From IMG/VR virus record IMGVR_UViG_3300027828_000049, positions 1 to 43,610 of that record: a stretch of 43,610 nt of DNA. The stretch is one strand, 5' to 3'. A program made the translations under genes and the position numbers. Each line of letters starts with the position of its first letter. Positions within the stretch are counted from its first letter, which is position 1. This stretch comes from a virus (Duplodnaviria; Caudoviricetes). Under the pieces are notes generated by a model that did not search any database, was not told where the DNA came from, and saw only the letters and a list, made by a program, of their open reading frames with translations. Shown piece by piece: positions 36,450 to 43,610 of this stretch.

Positions 36450-36650
36450 ATGGATTTGGCTGAATCGGTAAGGGTTGGTCTGGCAAAGAAGCATAAAAGT
36501 CAAAAATGGCTTGCTGGTGAGTTAGGGGTGAGCGTGCAATTCGTTAGCTTCCTATGCACGGGCCGGAAAACACCAAGCGTTAGCATGATATCTGTGATCG
36601 CTGAGGTTTTTGAGGTGTCGGTGTCTGAATTTATTAAGTGGGGTGAGTAA
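36450..36650 (+). CDS. XRE/Cro-like HTH regulator
   Basis: SQKWLAGELGVSVQFVSFLCTGRKTPS...IAEVFEVSVSEF; RBS AGGAGG. Confidence 0.85.
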   Translation: MDLAESVRVGLAKKHKSQKWLAGELGVSVQFVSFLCTGRKTPSVSMISVIAEVFEVSVSEFIKWGE

Positions 36651-36810
36651 TGAATAGAATTGTATGCATAAAAAAGGATGAGCCCGTAACAACCTCGCAG
36701 ATAATCTCTGAATGGACAGGCAGGGAGCACGCAAGAAAATGCTCAAGTGGTGAGGTTTCCGGATACGGGAACCCGCTATTTAGAGTTGATAAAATGGAGA
36801 GAATAGAGCT

Positions 36811-37053
36811 ATGAACACACCGATGACAGGGCAAAGTATAATGAATCAGATTTGCCATCTTCTTAACATTGAGCAAGAGTCTGAGAGGATTATTTCACTG
36901 AAAATAAACGTTCCTATTGATGGGTTGGTGACTGTTGAGAAGGAGTTTGAGTGTACAAACAGGCAGGATATTTCAATTGTTGAGATTAGAGATAAGGGCG
37001 ATCAGCATGGTAAGTACACGCCTGGTAAGTGCGAATACAGGCAAGACGACTAA
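36811..37053 (+). CDS. hypothetical protein
   Basis: 80 aa ORF followed by the terminator AAGCCCTTCGGGGCTTTTTT (37052-37072). Confidence 0.6.
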   Translation: MNTPMTGQSIMNQICHLLNIEQESERIISLKINVPIDGLVTVEKEFECTNRQDISIVEIRDKGDQHGKYTPGKCEYRQDD

Positions 37054-37120
37054 GCCCTTCGGGGCTTTTTTTATATCTGCTGTTTAGTGATACAATATAC
37101 AAAACCTAGGAGGAGTACTG

Positions 37121-38272
37121 ATGAAGCGAAATATCCTTTTTTTCACTAACATCAAAAAGAGTCAAATCAAGAAGGTTAACGGCAACTACGTAATCAGCGA
37201 TATCCCTATTACAGTAGATGACGAGGTAATGAATAAAGTCCATTACGACAAATCCGAGAACGCCAAAGGCATGAAGTCGATGATTGGCAAGCCTGTCACG
37301 CTGTCACATCCTCACGTTAACGGAGAGAATGTATCCGCAATGGAGGGTAATGGGCTTCGTGATTACTACTCTGGCGGGACTATTACCAGTACATCAAATA
37401 GTGATGGCGTCTGGTACGCTAGCGCTGAGATTAAAGAAAAGATCATGCGCGCGCAGGATGACGGCGATCGTTATGCGAATGCGCTTGATAACATGGATAA
37501 CGTCGGTGTTAGTACCGGTCTTACTTTTGAGCGAAATGAGATAAGCGGTGTCAACGCAAAAGGTAAGGCATACACACGCCGAGCTGTAAATCAGAATTAT
37601 AACCATCTGGCAATGCTTCTCGACGAGCGCCCAGCTGGCGGGGGTGCAACTGTGATGAGGTTTAACTCTGAAGACACAGACATTGTGGACCTAGATGAAA
37701 TCATTGCAAACCGCAGCTCAGAACAATCAGATCCTGATGGTGCACTTATTAGCAAAATTTGGAATAAGTTGGTGAATGCTGTAAAATCTACACCAGATGG
37801 GCAGTTAAGCCCTGACACCAAATTAACCACCAAGGTGAGTAATCATATGAGTAAGTTTTTGGAGGCCTTGAACAAGGCTAATATCGACACTAAAGATATG
37901 ACAGACGATCAGGTCTTCGAGGCTTATAATGCCATGAAGGATGAAGAGGCGAAAGCCAAAAAAGACGAAGATGAGACCAAAAAGAAAGACGAGCCAAAAA
38001 CTAACGCCTCTGATGAGAAGTTAAACGCTCTGATTTCAGAGGTGAATTCTCTAAAATCTCAGATTGCAGACAACGCCGATGAGAAAAGGTCTGACGCAAT
38101 CAAAACTATCATGGCGCGAAACAGTTCATTTGCAGAAGATGAGCTAAAAGAGTTTCCAGAGTCTGCGATTAATAAGCTGCTTGCTGAAGCTCAACCGGCC
38201 GCTGGTCTTCTTGGTGGTCGAATGCAGGCGAACGCATCAAAAGACGAATTAGACGATTACATTCCGGAGTAA
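37121..38272 (+). CDS. prohead protease/scaffold (DUF2213-like)
   Basis: GKPVTLSHP, VSTGL and YNHLAMLLDERPAG protease-domain motifs, then an acidic coiled-coil scaffold; extended -10 TGATACAAT at 37088-37096. Confidence 0.85.
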   Translation: MKRNILFFTNIKKSQIKKVNGNYVISDIPITVDDEVMNKVHYDKSENAKGMKSMIGKPVTLSHPHVNGENVSAMEGNGLRDYYSGGTITSTSNSDGVWYASAEIKEKIMRAQDDGDRYANALDNMDNVGVSTGLTFERNEISGVNAKGKAYTRRAVNQNYNHLAMLLDERPAGGGATVMRFNSEDTDIVDLDEIIANRSSEQSDPDGALISKIWNKLVNAVKSTPDGQLSPDTKLTTKVSNHMSKFLEALNKANIDTKDMTDDQVFEAYNAMKDEEAKAKKDEDETKKKDEPKTNASDEKLNALISEVNSLKSQIADNADEKRSDAIKTIMARNSSFAEDELKEFPESAINKLLAEAQPAAGLLGGRMQANASKDELDDYIPE

Positions 38273-38281
38273 GGGGAAATC

Positions 38282-38716
38282 ATGGGACGCTATAACCGAA
38301 TCAATTTAGACGGTAAGAGCATTACCGAAACGGCACTAGTCGAAGAGGCAACCCTTCCTGGCTCAGTGGTAGTTTACAACTCAACAACAACCAAATATGA
38401 CAAGTTCGCTACAGCAGGCGGCGGATCTGGCATTCAGTTATACGTAACTCACACTGACAATCTTGTCGGTGAGACATCAGATACAGCTGTTGCTGCTGAC
38501 ACGACTGGTGTATTCGAGTACATCGAAAAGGGCCGAGAGTTGGCTGTCCTTGTTGATGCGACTTCCGTTCTAGTGAAAGACTCTCCGCTAACTCCTGGAG
38601 CAATCGCGGGACAACTTAAAATCGGCACTCCCGCAACAGATCATATCGTTGCATTCTCACAAGAAACATACACCGTCGGTGCTAGTGCTGAACTAGTCCG
38701 CGTTCGTGGCGCATAG
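38282..38716 (+). CDS. capsid decoration/minor capsid protein
   Basis: 144 aa, beta-rich, between scaffold and MCP; begins RYNRINLDGKSITET and ends VRVR. Confidence 0.75.
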   Translation: MGRYNRINLDGKSITETALVEEATLPGSVVVYNSTTTKYDKFATAGGGSGIQLYVTHTDNLVGETSDTAVAADTTGVFEYIEKGRELAVLVDATSVLVKDSPLTPGAIAGQLKIGTPATDHIVAFSQETYTVGASAELVRVRGA

Positions 38717-38726
38717 GAGATAAATA

Positions 38727-39827
38727 ATGCAAGTTAACTGCATGACATTCAACAAAGCGGCTATCGAATCGGATCGTCGCACTAAGGCTCAATTTAACGA
38801 GCTGAATTCAATCCGTAAATTTCACAACATCGATCAGAAAAATATTCTCGGCGTGTACGGGAATGCAATGGATGAAGTCACGTTCCAAAAAAATAGCGCC
38901 GGTATTCTGACTCGTGACTGGTGGCGTGAGGTGGACAATGTTATCACTGAAGTGCGTGACCATGATCAGGGGCGCGAGTTCGTGACCGACTTGATGGGCG
39001 TTGCTAGTCCGCTGCCAATCGGCAAGACCGTGAAGTTGTACACCAATGGCGGCGACATTGAAGGCTCTGTTGAGCGCTCGATGGACGGTCACACTCCAAC
39101 GGTATTTGACTACTTGGAGACAGAAACTGACGGCGACCCTGTTCCTATCTTTAGTGCTGGTGTCGGCATTAACTGGCGTCACTGGTCTGGACTCGAAACT
39201 GAAAACGTCGATCTACTAACATCATCGCAGCGACGCAAAACCGTCAAAGTAATGTCTGACATTGCGGATTACTTCCTTGATGGCGATGCTAAAATTAAGG
39301 AAAAATCATACGAAGGCCAAGGCATTCGAAACCACCGTCACACCAAGAAGATTAATCTCGGTGCTGGTGGTGTTAATATCAACCTAGTTACAGCGACAAA
39401 TGACGAAATTATCGCGTTCTATACAAAAGATTTCGCAAAAGAGCTTGATGATAACTATGTCGCATTCGTTGATAAGATGTGGGTAACGCCTGCCCTTGGT
39501 CGTCGCCTTTCTGAGCCGTATTCAAAGTCTGGCGAGTTTAAAGAAGGCACCCTTGGTGACTATATTCTACGCTACGGTCGCATCAAAGAGTTTAAAGTTA
39601 CATTTAAACTGACTGGCAAGGCTGGCGATGGTAATGAGTTCTTCTGCTACGTTAAGAACAAAATGTTTATATCTCCACTTGTCGGCGCATCTGTTGGCAT
39701 GGTTCCAATGGCTCGAATGAACCCAATGGATAACTATAACTTCCTGATCTGGGGCGCGATGGGACTCCAGATTCAGGGTGATGTGAACGACCGCGGTGGT
39801 GTGTTCTACGCGGCAGACTTGGATTAA
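38727..39827 (+). CDS. major capsid protein
   Basis: 366 aa; DLMGVASPLPIGKTV, DGDPVPIFSAG.G.NWR and NYNFLIWGAMGLQI motifs; canonical position. Confidence 0.9.
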   Translation: MQVNCMTFNKAAIESDRRTKAQFNELNSIRKFHNIDQKNILGVYGNAMDEVTFQKNSAGILTRDWWREVDNVITEVRDHDQGREFVTDLMGVASPLPIGKTVKLYTNGGDIEGSVERSMDGHTPTVFDYLETETDGDPVPIFSAGVGINWRHWSGLETENVDLLTSSQRRKTVKVMSDIADYFLDGDAKIKEKSYEGQGIRNHRHTKKINLGAGGVNINLVTATNDEIIAFYTKDFAKELDDNYVAFVDKMWVTPALGRRLSEPYSKSGEFKEGTLGDYILRYGRIKEFKVTFKLTGKAGDGNEFFCYVKNKMFISPLVGASVGMVPMARMNPMDNYNFLIWGAMGLQIQGDVNDRGGVFYAADLD

Positions 39828-39829
39828 TT

Positions 39830-40000
39830 ATGGCTAAGTACGAGGTTGTAAAGCCTTGGGGCCATCAGGTTAGCAAGGGTGATATTATCGACACAGATAA
39901 TCTTCACCCATCGCTTAAGCCTCATGTCCGAGAGGTCGCTGAGAAGGCTTTCGAGGTGCAAACACCGAAGCGAAAACCCAAAAAGAAAGCTGAAGATTAA
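39830..40000 (+). CDS. small protein downstream of the MCP (56 aa; not in the ORF track)
   Basis: MAKYEVVKPWGHQVSKGDIIDTDNLHPSLKPHVREV...; followed by a terminator at 40004-40030. Confidence 0.75.
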   Translation: MAKYEVVKPWGHQVSKGDIIDTDNLHPSLKPHVREVAEKAFEVQTPKRKPKKKAED

Positions 40001-40071
40001 ATCAAGCCCCGCCAAGTGCGGGGTTTTCTTTATGTGTGATAGAATAAATTAAACAACCAGGAGGAAACACA

Positions 40072-40434
40072 ATGGCAACTATTCCAGTATTAGATTTATC
40101 TGAATCCGCTCAGAATTCGGTGATCCCGCTAGACCTATCAACCGGCCCGCACACGTGGTCATATAAGAACGGCTCATTCACACTGTTGGTTAGCAACGGG
40201 GATGTGGCAAGCATTACTGTTAACATCCTCGGTGCTGGTGTTACAGCTCACGATTGCGCAAATGTTGGCTCTATCGATCTATCTAGCGGAAAAGATATCA
40301 CCTGTGTAAACGGTGAGGTGACTAGCGTTCAGCTTAATCAAATCTCGGCATATTTTGGTGATATTGGGAACGAGGTAACATTCACAATCACAGGGGCTAC
40401 CAGCCTATCAACCGCATACATCGCAAAGGTGTAA
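40072..40434 (+). CDS. beta-rich hypothetical protein, probably virion-associated
   Basis: Own extended -10 (TGATAGAAT 40037-40045) and RBS AGGAGG; Thr/Ser/Gly/Val-rich. Confidence 0.65.
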   Translation: MATIPVLDLSESAQNSVIPLDLSTGPHTWSYKNGSFTLLVSNGDVASITVNILGAGVTAHDCANVGSIDLSSGKDITCVNGEVTSVQLNQISAYFGDIGNEVTFTITGATSLSTAYIAKV

Positions 40435-40537
40435 CAGGCAAGGTTATTTGCTATCATCAAGAAGCACAGGGAAGTGCTATCTAAAATGGTTGCCGTGGTA
40501 ATACGCGGCATCCCCTCTAAGGAAATGAGGTTTTACA

Positions 40538-40906
40538 ATGGCAAAACGAACGTACTTCAAAGACCCTTCTGGGAATACCGTCATTCCCGTTTCAGATGAT
40601 TCCTTTTATACCGACCTACTATCAGTATCAAACGATGTTGCTGATGTGTACCTGTCATTTTACTCCGACGCATCCGGTGACACTCCTGTTACCCCTACTG
40701 CAGGTACAGTTTCAGCGTGGGGCGAGTACGAGTCAGGGTTCTGGCTTGAGGCTGTAGGTGATAAGGTTTTGGCCGCAAACGTTTCACCACCAGACGCGGC
40801 TTATACTCCGCAGACAATTAATGGGTGCACGGTTCGGGCTAGAGTTGATCTCCTCGGAGTTACCGGAGCTGCTTACTTCCGCGGCTATGTATTCAAAAGG
40901 AGTTAA
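40538..40906 (+). CDS. beta-rich hypothetical protein, probably virion-associated
   Basis: RBS GAGG; jelly-roll-like composition. Confidence 0.65.
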   Translation: MAKRTYFKDPSGNTVIPVSDDSFYTDLLSVSNDVADVYLSFYSDASGDTPVTPTAGTVSAWGEYESGFWLEAVGDKVLAANVSPPDAAYTPQTINGCTVRARVDLLGVTGAAYFRGYVFKRS

Positions 40907-40907
40907 T

Positions 40908-41462
40908 ATGAGCTACCCAGGCGTTACACCAAAAGGGCTTTATTCAGGCGAAAGGGCGGTAACATCACAGTCTTACACGGAGGCAAATATAAAGAACGGA
41001 TCCCAGTTTGAGGGCTCGGCGGATTTCGGAACGGTAGCAACGGCGACCGAGCTGAAAACCGTGTTTCTAACTGGCGCGCTGCCGGTATCGCTAAAAGGAA
41101 GGACTGTAAGCTTTACGGGGGAAGGTGTTCAAGCGGAGGTATACAAAGCGCCCGCTTATACTGGAGGAAGCCCAGCAGCATACCAAAACGCAACGGATAT
41201 ATCACCGAACATTGGTTTGTCGCAGATAATTGTGGGTGCAACTATAACCAATGATGGCTCACTACTGTTCGCGCCGATATACGCGTTCGGCAATGCGTCA
41301 AATCAGGGAAAGGGTGGGGTGTTAACACTTGTTGAGCCTGAGCACATACTGGCCCCAAATACCGCTTACATGCTCAAGATAACAAGCTTGGATTCTGGAA
41401 ACCAAAGGATAGCTTCTCACCTTTCGTGGTATGAGGGTGAACTTGATCTTCCTTTGCCATAA
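40908..41462 (+). CDS. beta-rich hypothetical protein, probably virion-associated
   Basis: ATG 40908 after AAGGAG (MSYPGVTPKG...); followed by a terminator at 41465-41495. Confidence 0.65.
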   Translation: MSYPGVTPKGLYSGERAVTSQSYTEANIKNGSQFEGSADFGTVATATELKTVFLTGALPVSLKGRTVSFTGEGVQAEVYKAPAYTGGSPAAYQNATDISPNIGLSQIIVGATITNDGSLLFAPIYAFGNASNQGKGGVLTLVEPEHILAPNTAYMLKITSLDSGNQRIASHLSWYEGELDLPLP

Positions 41463-41533
41463 GTAAAGCCCGTCATTTTCGACGGGCTTCTTCTTCTATT
41501 TCTCTATCTCTCTTAACCCGACGTAGGAATTCT

Positions 41534-41956
41534 TTAATTATCGGGTTGGCTGGCATTTTCTAGTAATTCTGTGTTTTGATGGATATTGCCTTTGCGATCG
41601 TAATCAAGTGACATCTGAATAACACAAGATAAAGTAACAACCCCGCACCAATCACTTAGTACACCTTCAAAAGAAACTCCGTGATAAGGGTCTATAATTA
41701 CTTTTGCAAGACCATACCCATCAACAAGGTAAAGATCACCCTCGTAAACCTCAACACCGTTTGTGTCTTTAAGTCCGGTGTATTGCCTGATCTTAATTTC
41801 AACCCCTCTATATGACCCAGCAAAACCATCTTCGACGTAGCAAAAAAGCTTAAATCCATCAACATGGAATTGGAGATTGAAGTCAGGGTCTTCGTGCAAT
41901 TCTTCTTGCGTCCAAACTTCATCATCAACAACAAACTCAAACTTAATCTCTCTCAC
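41534..41956 (-). CDS. YopX family protein
   Basis: REIKF...QYTGLKDTNGVEVYEGD...GNIHQNTELL. Confidence 0.85.
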   Translation of the reverse strand: MREIKFEFVVDDEVWTQEELHEDPDFNLQFHVDGFKLFCYVEDGFAGSYRGVEIKIRQYTGLKDTNGVEVYEGDLYLVDGYGLAKVIIDPYHGVSFEGVLSDWCGVVTLSCVIQMSLDYDRKGNIHQNTELLENASQPDN

Positions 41957-42043
41957 AACTCCCCCTTACTCAACTCACCAACAACAATCGCCGCACCTGC
42001 AATACCTGTAAGCACAGCGGCCAAACCTAGTAACAACCACGCG

Positions 42044-42691
42044 TTATTTTCGTTCATTAACAGCCCTCATTAACTGTTTGCCAAGATACTCTGTATAAGC
42101 CGGTGGTATTGCTTGAGCTAATTCTTTTTGCCCTAACCAACTAATCCCCATGGCCTCCCTGGCAAATGGCACTCCTGAGAAATGACCAACAACCTGAATA
42201 AACTCACCATCTTTTGGAGCTCTCCCCATTTTTGCATTCTTTGCAATGTGCTCTGGATGCTCTGGAACAATCAGTTCAATATTGCTTTCAAACAATCTAT
42301 GGCGGTATGTCTTAAGTCCGAACATCCCACCGCACAGCATTACCGGATCAATGAGTGGCGCGTCCATTGTGTTTTCGATTATCCAAGGCTTGTCTCCAGC
42401 CTCGTTAAACATATCCCTAACCCTTTCGATAAAGCATTCGTACACTTTCCCTTTAGCCTTGTGCGTCTTTGTTGACTTGGTGTTATTTTGGCATGGCGGG
42501 CTTGCGTGCCATGCATCAAACAAGTGATGATTCTTCTTAAAAAACTCAATAGCATCATCTTGTATAAACTTAAACGGGTACTTGGGCTGAGGGTTTATAT
42601 CAACACCCCAAACCTCGAAACCAGCATCAGCATAACCTTTGCCAGCCCCGCCACCACAACAAAATAAATCAACTAAAATTGGCTTACTCAC
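42044..42691 (-). CDS. compact C5-cytosine DNA methyltransferase
   Basis: DLFCCGGG (motif I), HASPPCQ (IV), IIEN (VI), RHRLFE (VIII) and AIPPAY (X). Confidence 0.85.
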   Translation of the reverse strand: MSKPILVDLFCCGGGAGKGYADAGFEVWGVDINPQPKYPFKFIQDDAIEFFKKNHHLFDAWHASPPCQNNTKSTKTHKAKGKVYECFIERVRDMFNEAGDKPWIIENTMDAPLIDPVMLCGGMFGLKTYRHRLFESNIELIVPEHPEHIAKNAKMGRAPKDGEFIQVVGHFSGVPFAREAMGISWLGQKELAQAIPPAYTEYLGKQLMRAVNERK

Positions 42692-42749
42692 AAAACCCCC
42701 GCTACAATCATCAATAAACCCTTTGCAAGTAGTAACACCATTGATCTAA

Positions 42750-43037
42750 TCATGAGTTGCCTTTTGCTTTCTTTAAAGCCAGCTCTGCTTTAGATACGAT
42801 ATTGTTGTAATCATCATCGTAATACTCACAGGGAAAGTTCATACCAAGAACCGACTCCAAAGCCTCAACAAGTGCGTCATGGCTGTTTATCGCTTTAGCT
42901 GCGGACTGACAGTGACCAGCATATTCAAACACTGCGATTTTTGCGCCATCCTTAGTTTGAAGCCTTATTTCATCCTTTCCATTTTTAACATTAATCCCCT
43001 CGTGGGATACCAACTCACAACCACCAAAACATTTCAT
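42750..43037 (-). CDS. hypothetical protein
   Basis: 95 aa; AINSHDALVEALE...ALKKAKG pattern common in phage early genes. Confidence 0.65.
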   Translation of the reverse strand: MKCFGGCELVSHEGINVKNGKDEIRLQTKDGAKIAVFEYAGHCQSAAKAINSHDALVEALESVLGMNFPCEYYDDDYNNIVSKAELALKKAKGNS

Positions 43038-43106
43038 AAAATCAACTCCAAAGCCCTACCAATAACCAAACCATAACCACACGCACAAAATGCAGTCGCT
43101 AAATAC

Positions 43107-43514
43107 TCAACCAGTAGTGAGTATTGATTCATTTTCAGCCTCCAACTTTTTGATTAGGCAGGTAGCGGCGGCGCGTAGTGGGTTATTGTTGAACGACGTA
43201 TACTTAGTCGTCCAGCCCATTCCGATAGAGCCATCTATAAGCGTTTTTGCAAGATAGTTAAACTCGCAATCATTTGAAGTTGGAAGAATATAAACGTCAA
43301 ATTTGAGCATTAAAGGCCCGACATCTGCCCATGAGTTGCAGTAGTCTTTTATATCAACCTTAAAATCAAGAAGGCTAACAGCTATAACCTTTATTTTTTT
43401 ACGCTTGTAACATATCACCGCATCAGCAACATCGCTTTTGTTAAGCCAAATCAAACTATCCAGCTTTGAGTTAACCTCAAAATCACTCTTATCATCCCAA
43501 TTCATATCACCCAC
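43107..43514 (-). CDS. NinX/DUF2591-like protein
   Basis: SDFEVN, DYCNSWADVGPLM and NPLRAAA motifs. Confidence 0.75.
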   Translation of the reverse strand: MGDMNWDDKSDFEVNSKLDSLIWLNKSDVADAVICYKRKKIKVIAVSLLDFKVDIKDYCNSWADVGPLMLKFDVYILPTSNDCEFNYLAKTLIDGSIGMGWTTKYTSFNNNPLRAAATCLIKKLEAENESILTTG

Positions 43515-43610
43515 CTATCCTAACTTGTTCTATATACCATAATAGCTCACCAGCCATTTCAGAAACCTTGCGCTTATCTTCTTTGCGCTTGATTACCGGC
43601 TTGGTGCGTT
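43507..43610 (-). CDS. partial hypothetical protein (5' end outside the window)
   Basis: Open minus frame ...RTKPVIKRKEDKRKVSEMAGELLWYIEQVRIGG to TGA 43509-43507. Confidence 0.5.
   Translation of the reverse strand, partial: RTKPVIKRKEDKRKVSEMAGELLWYIEQVRIGG

Noticed and set aside
40758-40907. Long N-terminal extension of ORF 40758..41462
   Set aside because: It overlaps the preceding gene; ATG 40908 has a proper AAGGAG RBS right after the upstream stop.

Overview
A near-complete (both ends fall inside genes) ~43.6 kb tailed-phage genome of siphovirus type, probably from a marine gammaproteobacterial host such as Vibrio (inference from gene content and style). It contains a head-tail/tail module with tape measure and a beta-helix tailspike (2289-12996), an exonuclease/NinG/Rha-antirepressor recombination-regulation region, a lambda O/P-like replication pair, two DNA methyltransferases, two HNH-AP2 endonucleases, a split lysis module, terminase, portal, minor head, protease/scaffold, decoration and major capsid genes. 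The virion genes are broken into separately promoted blocks by cassettes of small accessory genes. No integrase, CI-type repressor, tRNA or CRISPR array was seen, but a divergent junction is missing between the window ends. The most unusual signals are non-coding. (1) Two diverged, colinear copies of a ~520-600 nt promoter-driven, ORF-free structured element (1015-1616 and 19040-19557), each starting with a C4-like hairpin module whose loop-loop complementarities covary. (2) Ten CTGCAG palindromes packed into 680 bp of the replication genes, whose initiator has an RHH-like N-terminus. (3) A ~170 nt sRNA candidate with a 13/14 match to the complement of the 16S rRNA 3' end. (4) An ~80 nt cis-antisense RNA candidate covering an RBS. 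All protein calls come from motif recognition by eye, not from database searches.
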